A stretch of 64,000 bases of DNA, taken from a virus. The notes under the pieces are model-generated. The model worked only from the letters and a program-made list of their open reading frames with translations, searched no databases and was not told where the DNA came from. The position numbers were made by a program, and so were the translations under genes. Each line of letters opens with the position of its first letter. Position 1 is the first letter of the stretch. The DNA lies in the IMG/VR virus record IMGVR_UViG_3300032298_000424, positions 5,202 to 69,201 of that record; one strand, given 5' to 3'. Shown here one piece after another: positions 20,940 to 29,623 of this stretch.

Positions 20940-22162
20940 CGTAGTAAACTTTTATCTTCTACGATTAGACTTACTTTCTCTTTTAGTTCATTAAAATATT
21001 TTTCCCCAGCATTTAGAGGTATCAAGCCTCTAGCAATAGCATCATACTTAAATGTTGTCAGTTGAAGATCATGTTTAAGAGCAACTGATGCAAACCTAAC
21101 GCCTACATCTCGGCGCCATTTCCTAGATTTCATATCAAAAGCAAAGAAGTTACCAACTTGTCTAGTTGAGGTTATATCGTGCTCACTAATAAGCCAATCT
21201 AAAAATTCTTCAACTAAGCGTTGATTATCATAGTCGTTTTCTTCATATAGGTTTAATGCTTCATTAGCAGCAGCAAGTCCAATCACCGATCCGCTATTAG
21301 TCCATCCATGTACTATCCATTCGTTTTCTAATTGATTCCAAATTTGATTATGAATCGCAACAGCAGATAACGGTACATATCCAGCAGTAATACTCTTAGA
21401 TAGTATTATAAATGTTGGTTCTATTGGTAATGCATAGTAATGAAATGGTGAACCAGTCTTAAAAAATCCGGATGCAGATTCGTCTAATATTAGGTGAATA
21501 TCGTTAGCTACACAAAAATAGTTTAATTCATCCCAGAATTGATATGAACATTGCAATACACCAGACAAATAAGTGAAAGGTTCTATAACAATAGAACTAA
21601 TCTTGTCTACATCCAATTTTGCCAATTCGTTTAATGTTGCTTGCCCATCGTTTCCAAATGGTGATAATAATTTGATATTCTCTGGCCAATCGGGTAGGTG
21701 TTGTCCTAATCCACCCAAATCACTAATAGCTCCTGTTAACCATGTAGATCCATGGTAAGATCCTTTGAATGTGATGATCTTCGTCCTATTGCTTTTTTGT
21801 TTTAGACGAGTCATATAAGACAATCTTAAAGCAGACTCTACAGCATCGGAGCCAGAACTACCAAAGAAAAATTTCTGATGGTGTGAAAAATAAGCCGCTA
21901 ATCTTTTTGAGTATGTTACACCAATCTCAGCTAACATACTATTATTATGTCTACTGAACGGTAAAGTTTGGGAGGCATTATAAATAGCATTGGATATTGA
22001 ATGTTGAGAGTAACCCAGGTTGCAGTTAATATTGCCGCACTGGGCATCTAGGATCCGCTGACCAGACTTTGCAATCAGGTGAAAGCCGTCAGCGGAACTG
22101 ATGATCAATGGTTCTAAGTCCGAGTGATTGGTGTAAGGAAGAACATAGTTATAATTAAACAT
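20936..22162 (-). CDS. Class III PLP-dependent aminotransferase (BioA/omega-amine family), inverted relative to neighbours
   Basis: LGY, SGSDAVESAL, SYHGST, IVIEP, LILDE..SGF..TG, SKSITAGYVPLS (PLP lysine), HGWT.SG; likely start MFNYN at 22162. Confidence 0.9.
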   Translation of the reverse strand: MFNYNYVLPYTNHSDLEPLIISSADGFHLIAKSGQRILDAQCGNINCNLGYSQHSISNAIYNASQTLPFSRHNNSMLAEIGVTYSKRLAAYFSHHQKFFFGSSGSDAVESALRLSYMTRLKQKSNRTKIITFKGSYHGSTWLTGAISDLGGLGQHLPDWPENIKLLSPFGNDGQATLNELAKLDVDKISSIVIEPFTYLSGVLQCSYQFWDELNYFCVANDIHLILDESASGFFKTGSPFHYYALPIEPTFIILSKSITAGYVPLSAVAIHNQIWNQLENEWIVHGWTNSGSVIGLAAANEALNLYEENDYDNQRLVEEFLDWLISEHDITSTRQVGNFFAFDMKSRKWRRDVGVRFASVALKHDLQLTTFKYDAIARGLIPLNAGEKYFNELKEKVSLIVEDKSLLR

Positions 22163-22171
22163 GAGGATATA

Positions 22172-23131
22172 ATGAAACCTATAGTATTTTTTCAATGCGG
22201 TGAAACTCAAAGTACACCATGGCTAGATGCTATCCAAACTTGGAATTCAGATTCAGATATAAAAGGATTTTGGATAAATCCAAAGCATCCGCAATCATAT
22301 CTATATCACTTTGAAAAGAAAGAAAACAAGATAGTTTTCAATAAAAATGTTGGTTATGTAGAAGGATCTGATTTTGTAATTACTAAACAATTCGTGCAAC
22401 CTGGCATGGATATGAATCGATCAGTAACAAAGGGTATCAATATAGATTTTATCATTGAATGGTTAAATGCCAACGATGGTAAAGCTTTAGGATTCGGAAC
22501 ATTTTTAAGTAGCGGATCACATGTCGATATTATCCAAAACAGTGTATACTATACTAGAGATCCTTGGATGGGTGGTCATATATTAGATATTGAAAAAAAT
22601 GAATTCATATCTAGCGATGATAACAATAAATTGAGCACTGTTACTTGGTTTTATGCATATAAAGTAAAAAATTTACCTATCTATCTTTTAGTATTTAATC
22701 CGTCAACGACTACGATGGGAGATAATGTAGAATTCGAAACCGAAACTAATAGATATAGAATAATGGATCCTCACATGGGATACATGTCTACTCAATTTTT
22801 AAAACCAAAGATGAGTAAAAATGCATATCCATTAGAAGACAAATGGTATGTCGTAAAGGGTGAAGAGTTTAGTTTTGAAGTTGGTGCTTTAAGTACAATT
22901 AAACTTGGTTTAGGAGAAATCATAGATCCAAGCTTAATTAAGGTTTTAAGTGATTTAAATTTAGAACATTTGGGTGATAATAAATATAAAGCTAGATTTA
23001 AGAATGGTCAACAGTCTGCTTATATTAGTATTAGAATGAACACAGGTAATACGATGGATTGGACATTTATCAATAGTGGCAATCGGTTAGTATATAATAT
23101 TAAGATTAGCAAACATTACGAAGAGGTTTAA
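22172..23131 (+). CDS. Hypothetical protein immediately upstream of the Cys-rich peptide
   Basis: ATG at 22172 with GAGGA RBS; no motif recognised. Confidence 0.7.
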   Translation: MKPIVFFQCGETQSTPWLDAIQTWNSDSDIKGFWINPKHPQSYLYHFEKKENKIVFNKNVGYVEGSDFVITKQFVQPGMDMNRSVTKGINIDFIIEWLNANDGKALGFGTFLSSGSHVDIIQNSVYYTRDPWMGGHILDIEKNEFISSDDNNKLSTVTWFYAYKVKNLPIYLLVFNPSTTTMGDNVEFETETNRYRIMDPHMGYMSTQFLKPKMSKNAYPLEDKWYVVKGEEFSFEVGALSTIKLGLGEIIDPSLIKVLSDLNLEHLGDNKYKARFKNGQQSAYISIRMNTGNTMDWTFINSGNRLVYNIKISKHYEEV

Positions 23132-23133
23132 AA

Positions 23134-23340
23134 ATGGGTATAGAAGATGTAAGCACGTTTACTACTGGATCTACTATTCCAGCAGAAAAGGCCGCAGCAG
23201 ATACCGTTTCTGCTGATACATTTAGACAAATGCTGGATGTGCTAGAATCATTAGCATCTCACAGCCACATATTTTATGATGATTATAACACTGTCTGCGA
23301 ATGTCAGTGTGCTTGTGCTTGTGGCCGTGGGACTGTATGA
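23134..23340 (+). CDS. Putative RiPP-like precursor peptide with C-terminal CECQCACAC (CxCxCxCxC) core
   Basis: 68 aa, GAGG RBS, five Cys at alternate positions, ATGA overlap with the following radical SAM gene. Confidence 0.8.
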   Translation: MGIEDVSTFTTGSTIPAEKAAADTVSADTFRQMLDVLESLASHSHIFYDDYNTVCECQCACACGRGTV

Positions 23341-25058
23341 AAACTATTTGGTTAAAAACCGAAGCACAAAAACAAAGGCAGCAAGATCATAAAGCATCAG
23401 TAATAGAAACTGATGGACAGTTCCAATTCCTTAGCGAGAAAATTATCACTCCAAAGGGATTGGATAAAATTAATAAACTAATCTCAGTTGTTCCAAAGGA
23501 AAATGAGACTGTACTTAGTATAAGCAATACGAAATATCTGTTTAGTGAATTGAAGCAGATGAATCTTATATTAACTAATGCATGTAATTTGTCATGTTCT
23601 TATTGTTATGAGCAGCATAAGAAAGACTTTGGTAGATTTACCAATGAGTCTCTCTTGACTGCATATCGATTCTTAAAAGATGCAAATAATAACCAAAAGA
23701 AAGTATTTCAATTTTTTGGCGGCGAGCCTTTAATCCACAAAGATATCATCTTAGATTTCCTTCGTAAGAATAAAGAAGAATTACAAATTAACTCACGCGG
23801 TGAAACCAATACAGTTATCGGTATCGTCACTAATGGGTTATTACTGACTCAGCCTTTAGTCGATGAATATTTCTCGCACGACTTTACATATATGCTTATC
23901 TCGCTAGATACAGATAAATCTGAGGTCGATCATAGAGAGATCGGTCAAGATAAGATAAACAAGCTCATGGATCAGATCCAAACAATCCCAGAAGAGCCAA
24001 AATTTCAAAAGCGAGTCACTGTACGTTGTACTCTTGCCAGAGAGAATGCACCTTATTTTGCAGAGTTTGTTGATAACTTATACGAGCGAGGAATTAGACG
24101 TTTAGTAGTTCATCCGCTCATATTAGATTCTGCGAGAGGATTCATTCAATGGACTGAGCAAGAATGGAATACTTTGCATAATGACATATTAAACTCTCTA
24201 GATAAGTATGAAGACTTACAAATACATTTTAGTGAAGGTGTTGGTAAGAAAGGCGAAGAGAACTGTATGATTGGTTCTGATATGATAGCTATTGATGCCA
24301 GTGGAGATTTTTCAGGTTGTTATTTTTTCACAAATCAAAAAGGCGGTTCAACTGCCGATACTATATTAGGCAATGTTTTTAATAATACGATCTATATCGA
24401 TCGTTATAAGCACTTCCAAAAAGAATATGCTAAGATGTTTGAAGAGGAAGAACAATGTAAGACATGTGACTATAAGAATGCATGCTATCAGTGTCCAGCA
24501 GGTAACTTAGATACTGGCACACGTATGTTTAGACCAGATGATATGTGTCAAAAGATCGTTAAGCTTTATGTAGATTTGCAAGAAGATATTGCTAAGAAAC
24601 AATTTAAGATTAAGTATGATACATTAGTTCGCGCATTACATACTGAAGGATATGAACTAACATTCCTTAAAGCTATCAGCTATATGTTATTTTATTATGT
24701 TTATCAATATCATCCATCACTTGATAAAGTGCATAATGATCTCGTTAATAAATTTAAAAATCCTCAAAGGTTGTTGGGTTTTTGGTTAGAGATCATGGAA
24801 GGTAAACATAAAGAACTAGATGAAGTTAAACCAGAAGAATTCCTCGATACAATACAAGAATTGATTGGTGATAAACAAGTAAGCATCGATGACTTTTATT
24901 ATCAAATTTTGGCTAAAAGAAACATGCCAACTGGTAGAATTGTTAAAGTACAAAATCAAATGCAAGAAGTATTCTTCTTAGCATTACTCCACGTATTGAT
25001 ATTGGCGTCCGATGATCGGGCTTTAGATGATGCAATCAGCTATAAACTTCTACAATAA
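23337..25058 (+). CDS. Radical SAM/SPASM maturase 1 with C-terminal helical extension
   Basis: CNLSCSYC, FFGGEPL, VTNG, SPASM C..G..IDASG...C and CKTC..KNACYQC...C; likely start MKTIW at 23337. Confidence 0.92.
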   Translation: MKTIWLKTEAQKQRQQDHKASVIETDGQFQFLSEKIITPKGLDKINKLISVVPKENETVLSISNTKYLFSELKQMNLILTNACNLSCSYCYEQHKKDFGRFTNESLLTAYRFLKDANNNQKKVFQFFGGEPLIHKDIILDFLRKNKEELQINSRGETNTVIGIVTNGLLLTQPLVDEYFSHDFTYMLISLDTDKSEVDHREIGQDKINKLMDQIQTIPEEPKFQKRVTVRCTLARENAPYFAEFVDNLYERGIRRLVVHPLILDSARGFIQWTEQEWNTLHNDILNSLDKYEDLQIHFSEGVGKKGEENCMIGSDMIAIDASGDFSGCYFFTNQKGGSTADTILGNVFNNTIYIDRYKHFQKEYAKMFEEEEQCKTCDYKNACYQCPAGNLDTGTRMFRPDDMCQKIVKLYVDLQEDIAKKQFKIKYDTLVRALHTEGYELTFLKAISYMLFYYVYQYHPSLDKVHNDLVNKFKNPQRLLGFWLEIMEGKHKELDEVKPEEFLDTIQELIGDKQVSIDDFYYQILAKRNMPTGRIVKVQNQMQEVFFLALLHVLILASDDRALDDAISYKLLQ

Positions 25059-26145
25059 ACGAGATAAGCCTCTTAATAATGTTAAGATGCTTATCATTTA
25101 CCTTGGGAATAAGTGTAACTTTGATTGTGTATATTGTGATCGAGGTTATATTGAATCGCTTGGCGGTCAATCGTTAAACGGAAACACAACTCAAGAGTTA
25201 CAAGATTTTTTCTTGTGGGCAGAAAAACAAGAAAATAAAGTTGAATGGGTATCTTTCCATGGTGGTGAGCCATTGTTATTCGCAAAACGCATGGAACAAT
25301 GTCTTGAATGGTTGATGCCAATCGCTGAACGCAATGGTTGGAAAGTTGGAATGACCACCAATGGTTCTCTAGTAAAAGAAAATCAGCATATATTTGAGAA
25401 GTATTCTGGCAAACTTGGTGCAACTATAAGCTATGACTTCATGTTCCAAGAAGAGAATCGTGATAGATTGAATGTAGTAGAGATGGCTGAAGTATTAAAT
25501 CAGCATTGTTTTGATTGGAAGTGGCAATATGTTCTGCCTATTGAAGATAGACGTGCATTCTCATTTGAAAATGTACAATCTATAGTAGACACGTGTTATA
25601 GCACTGGATGTAAGACTGTAAATGTCATTCCTCTAAGACATCATCGCGGAGAAGACAAATTTGATGTTATAATAGATCGAATTAATTTACCGCAATTCTT
25701 TGGTGCATTTCTCGAGTTTATCCAAATATTGTATATAAAAAAGTTAAATATTTTTATCGATGGTAATTATGATAAGATTGACAAAGCATATTTTGCAGAA
25801 CATAATAAGCTAATCTTATCTCCCGACGGATATCTGTATCCAGAATTCGATTTCTTAGAATATAAAGTTGAGAATACCCGCATAGGCAAATGGCAAGATG
25901 GAGTAGAAGTTTGGCAACCCATCGGAGATCAAAGTAGAATACATGAATCGTGTGATTCATGCGAACAAAAAGCAAGTTGCGGTTTAAAATATCTTTATAA
26001 GTTGTTCGACAAACAACCGCAAGGAAGTTGTAAAGATTTCTATAAATTTGTTGATGTAGCTATAATGCATAATGCTGAATTGAAAAAGGAAAAAAGTTTA
26101 TTCCAGAGGATCGGTATAGATAATCAATTCAAGGTGAATAAATGA
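25027..26145 (+). CDS. Radical SAM protein 2 with partial SPASM domain
   Basis: CNFDCVYC, FHGGEPL, TTNG, LSPDGYLYP, CDSC..KASC..C. Confidence 0.9.
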   Translation: MMQSAINFYNKRDKPLNNVKMLIIYLGNKCNFDCVYCDRGYIESLGGQSLNGNTTQELQDFFLWAEKQENKVEWVSFHGGEPLLFAKRMEQCLEWLMPIAERNGWKVGMTTNGSLVKENQHIFEKYSGKLGATISYDFMFQEENRDRLNVVEMAEVLNQHCFDWKWQYVLPIEDRRAFSFENVQSIVDTCYSTGCKTVNVIPLRHHRGEDKFDVIIDRINLPQFFGAFLEFIQILYIKKLNIFIDGNYDKIDKAYFAEHNKLILSPDGYLYPEFDFLEYKVENTRIGKWQDGVEVWQPIGDQSRIHESCDSCEQKASCGLKYLYKLFDKQPQGSCKDFYKFVDVAIMHNAELKKEKSLFQRIGIDNQFKVNK

Positions 26146-27200
26146 ATAGAGACGATTTCGACAATTATCCAGATCTAGCACAATATTGGTTAAGGGAAGA
26201 TGCACTACGTTCATTAGACTATGATGTATATTTTAGTGTTGGTACAAGATACTATTGTGATGCTGGTTGCAAAGTATGTTATATTAAAGATCACTTAAAA
26301 GAAACGAAAGATTTATCTAATTTTGGAAATGATTTAGATAAACACCAAGAAGAATGGTTTAAGTTTTTTAAATATTTCGGTGTAATTAGAACTAATGACG
26401 ATCTATACTATCTAAAGCATAATCATCAAAAAGAGTATGAGTGGTATCAAAAATATGGTCATATGTTTGAATTATGTATTACTGATAATGCTATATTTAG
26501 GACACTAGAATTAGATGACATTAATTTAGCCAGTATTGCAGACATCTCAATAAGTACAGATTTTTTGAATCATGTTGGTGTAGAAAAAGTATTGGTTGCA
26601 TGTAAACAGCTTTATGATAAATTTGGCGTTAGAAAGATAAAGTATATTGACTGCGGTCACCCAGAACTATTTAAAGATATTATAGAATGGGCTAATAAAT
26701 TAGATTTACATAATTGTGTACATCATGATTTTAGAACTAATCACAGAGATATACTACACCATGCTTGGGCAGAATACCAAAATACGTGGGTAATTAATGA
26801 TGATAAAGGTTTGATGCACATCTATAGAGAATCAGTACATCTTTACTATGATAGATTTTTCTTTTCATCAGATGATGCTACCGACTTAACGATTGAACCG
26901 TTTTATCAATTTGACAATAGTATAGACATAAAAGCTTTTATGGTTAAGATGTTACAAGGTAAACAAACCTTATATAATCTTTGGAAAAATAGACCCATTG
27001 AAAAAAGATTTAGAGATTACTATACGACAACCATGCAATATATTATCAATGAAAATTTTAATTTTATCCCTAGAATTATGATGTCTCCAAAGGCAAAGTT
27101 TTTTTACAAATTACTAGAAGAAGGATGGATCCAAACTCCATACGGTCTTCTTAAGTCATCTGAATCAGATAAGATTATACCAATTATAGGCACAAAATGA
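26142..27200 (+). CDS. Divergent radical SAM-like protein 3
   Basis: CDAGCKVC (CxxxCxxC) near the N-terminus but no GGEP motif; ATGA overlap with upstream gene. Confidence 0.6.
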   Translation: MNRDDFDNYPDLAQYWLREDALRSLDYDVYFSVGTRYYCDAGCKVCYIKDHLKETKDLSNFGNDLDKHQEEWFKFFKYFGVIRTNDDLYYLKHNHQKEYEWYQKYGHMFELCITDNAIFRTLELDDINLASIADISISTDFLNHVGVEKVLVACKQLYDKFGVRKIKYIDCGHPELFKDIIEWANKLDLHNCVHHDFRTNHRDILHHAWAEYQNTWVINDDKGLMHIYRESVHLYYDRFFFSSDDATDLTIEPFYQFDNSIDIKAFMVKMLQGKQTLYNLWKNRPIEKRFRDYYTTTMQYIINENFNFIPRIMMSPKAKFFYKLLEEGWIQTPYGLLKSSESDKIIPIIGTK

Positions 27201-28528
27201 GCTTTAGTAAATTTCAAACACAATCTGGTAAAGTATTCTATTATAGAAACTTAGACAATAGTCTTCATAATGATAAGGGTGAGATTTTATCTTTACCTCC
27301 TAAAGAAGGTTATGAATTCTTTGAAAATGTACAACATAATTTTGGTGTGCAACATAAGACGAATAAACCAACTGCATTACGCATTCTTCTAGGACATGCG
27401 TGTAATTACTCATGCACATATTGCATGCAAAAAGATATTGGCAATCCTGATGAGAAACCACAAAATTTTTGGTTAGAATCATTTGTAGAATCTATTAACA
27501 AATATCTTGACTTAGAAAACTTAGAACGCATTGAACTTTGGGGTGGAGAACCATTCCTTTATTGGAATGATATGGTTCCGATCATGAAATTACTTGATGG
27601 TCCAGGTCGACACTTCTATATCTCTACAAATGCATCACCACTAAGACAAAAGCACGTAGATTTCTTCAAGACTTTAACTGCTAGTGTCATGATGGGTATT
27701 TCACACGATGGTCCAGGTCATGAGCGTCTTCGCGGAGAAGATATCTTTGATAAGAAGAGTGTTGTTGATGTTATCAAGCAATTTGATGATATGAGTCCTA
27801 AGGTACAATATAGTTTTAATTCTGTTGTCTCTGCTACAAACTTTGATATGTTTGAGATTAATGATTATTTTAAAGCAGTTAAAGATAAGTTGGGTTTGAA
27901 GCATGCGAGGATCAGTTACATTCCTGCACGAGTTTATGACGATACAGATTCTAAAAACTCAGCTGATCATGTTATTAAAGGTGATGATCTACCCAAGTTT
28001 AAGAAGATAGTCAATGACTATATTAAAGCTGCTATCAAGCAATTGAGAGAGGGCGGAGATCGCATATTAAACTCTAATGTTATCGATGGAGATGCTGGAG
28101 TTCTTAAGTATGCCGCTTTAACTCGACATCAAATACCTATTACGATGACGTCGAATTGTGGAGCTGATGCAGCTGACATCCTTTCTATGGATATTATGGG
28201 ACAAGTTAGATTATGCCCACACACCTCTGAGAAATTTAAAGGAGGTCATATCAAAGATATTAAAAGTGTTAAGATCATACAATTAGATTTAGATAGAAAA
28301 CACGAGCATTGTTATACATGTCCAGTTAGAAGACTTTGTAAGTCTAGTTGTCCTATTAAATTTCCCGATGAAGTGTTTATGCATAATTGTAGAGTAGAAA
28401 AGATTTGGTATTCTGCTATTCAACAAAACGCATTCTCATTATTGTTTAATGAACCCATAGAATTATTAGAAACTGGATTAAATGAAATTAGACCTAAAGA
28501 AGATACAAGAGCACCGATCTCAGCTTGA
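27197..28528 (+). CDS. Radical SAM/SPASM maturase 4
   Basis: CNYSCTYC, LWGGEPF, STN, ISHDG, SPASM CGA..DIMG.VRLC and CYTCPVRRLCKSSCP...C. Confidence 0.92.
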   Translation: MSFSKFQTQSGKVFYYRNLDNSLHNDKGEILSLPPKEGYEFFENVQHNFGVQHKTNKPTALRILLGHACNYSCTYCMQKDIGNPDEKPQNFWLESFVESINKYLDLENLERIELWGGEPFLYWNDMVPIMKLLDGPGRHFYISTNASPLRQKHVDFFKTLTASVMMGISHDGPGHERLRGEDIFDKKSVVDVIKQFDDMSPKVQYSFNSVVSATNFDMFEINDYFKAVKDKLGLKHARISYIPARVYDDTDSKNSADHVIKGDDLPKFKKIVNDYIKAAIKQLREGGDRILNSNVIDGDAGVLKYAALTRHQIPITMTSNCGADAADILSMDIMGQVRLCPHTSEKFKGGHIKDIKSVKIIQLDLDRKHEHCYTCPVRRLCKSSCPIKFPDEVFMHNCRVEKIWYSAIQQNAFSLLFNEPIELLETGLNEIRPKEDTRAPISA

Positions 28529-29237
28529 GAATCATTCTCTTCTTGTAACTAATACTATACAATCTATTGAAGATCTTAGAATCTTCATGAAATATCATGT
28601 CTTTGCGGTATGGGATTTCATGAGTCTATTAAAGACTATACAGCACAATGTGGTGCCAACTAGTAACATATGGTTACCAACTCCTGGCACAAGGTCTGAT
28701 ATAGCTAGGATGATTAATGAGATAGTCCTCTGTGAGGAATCTGATATATCTCCCGATGGTAAATCATCTATAAGTCATTTCGACCTATACTTACAGTCAA
28801 TGATGGAAGTAGGTGCTGATACAATGCCTGTTAGAAATTACCTGGATGCGGTTAGCAAGTTTAATTCACACATAGACTGTGAGTATGTTCCAAAGGCTTC
28901 TATGGATTTCGTAAAAACCACATTTGATGCTATAAAAATGGGTCCTCATTGTGCTGCAGCTTCATTTTGTTACGGTAGAGAATCAGTAATCCCTGCAATG
29001 TTTAAAAGATTACTTAAACAGATTGATATATCAGAAACTGATGCTCCTAAGTTTCACTATTACTTAGAAAGACACATCCAGGTTGATGGAGAAAGTCATG
29101 GACCAATGTCAGAACATTTGGTTAATTATTTTTGTAAGGATGATCCATTCCTTATTCATGAGGCCGAACAAGCGGCGATTACAGCTATCAAAGCTAGAAT
29201 TAAACTATTTGATGACATAGAATCGCAACTCATATAA
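28482..29237 (+). CDS. DUF3050 heme-oxygenase-like (HDO) metalloenzyme
   Basis: FM..HVFAVWDFMSLLK, INEIVL.EESD, SHFDLYL, GRE.VIP.MF, YYLERHI.VDG..HG motifs. Confidence 0.85.
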   Translation: MKLDLKKIQEHRSQLENHSLLVTNTIQSIEDLRIFMKYHVFAVWDFMSLLKTIQHNVVPTSNIWLPTPGTRSDIARMINEIVLCEESDISPDGKSSISHFDLYLQSMMEVGADTMPVRNYLDAVSKFNSHIDCEYVPKASMDFVKTTFDAIKMGPHCAAASFCYGRESVIPAMFKRLLKQIDISETDAPKFHYYLERHIQVDGESHGPMSEHLVNYFCKDDPFLIHEAEQAAITAIKARIKLFDDIESQLI

Positions 29238-29240
29238 ATA
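29233..29240 (+). promoter_or_regulatory. T4-type late promoter TATAAATA
   Basis: Exact match overlapping the DUF3050 stop, upstream of 29277. Confidence 0.75.
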
Positions 29241-29276
29241 AAGCCAGAATAACTCTTTTTTTGGATTTTGCTATAA

Positions 29277-29612
29277 ATGTCTCAGTTAGTTAACCTAGTT
29301 ATAGACCAAGGCTCAGACTTTGTGGCCACATTGGACATTGAAGATTCCATTGGTACGCCAATTAATCTTACATCATATACAGTTCGTGGTCAGATTAGAA
29401 AAACATATACGTCTTCCACAGCTGTATCAATTGGCTGTGTAAAGACTACTAATCAAGGTGAAGTAAAATTGACCTTGACATCAACACAAACTAGCGGAAT
29501 GCGAGACGGTCGTTATGTCTATGATATAGAAATTGTTCATTCAACACTTGGTACAGTTATCCGAGTCGTTGAAGGACAAGTAACAGTAACACCAAGAGCA
29601 ACTAGACCTTAA
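29277..29612 (+). CDS. Small virion structural protein (BppU N-terminal-like)
   Basis: NLVIDQGSDF, GQIRK.Y.S, LTLT..QT, GRYVYDIEI, RVVEG.VTVTP motif common in T4-like aquatic phages. Confidence 0.7.
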   Translation: MSQLVNLVIDQGSDFVATLDIEDSIGTPINLTSYTVRGQIRKTYTSSTAVSIGCVKTTNQGEVKLTLTSTQTSGMRDGRYVYDIEIVHSTLGTVIRVVEGQVTVTPRATRP

Positions 29613-29623
29613 GGGATTTGTAG

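Noticed and set aside
23301-23336. Cys/Trp-rich N-terminal extension MSVCLCLWPWDC on rSAM1
   Set aside because: It is the alternate frame of the peptide's Cys codons; the ATGA-coupled start at 23337 is more plausible
20936-28528. Biotin pathway (BioA + BioB), or queuosine/7-deazaguanine DNA-modification cluster
   Set aside because: The rSAMs are GGEP/SPASM type rather than BioB or QueE, and no BioD/BioF, QueC/QueD, FolE or DpdA is visible
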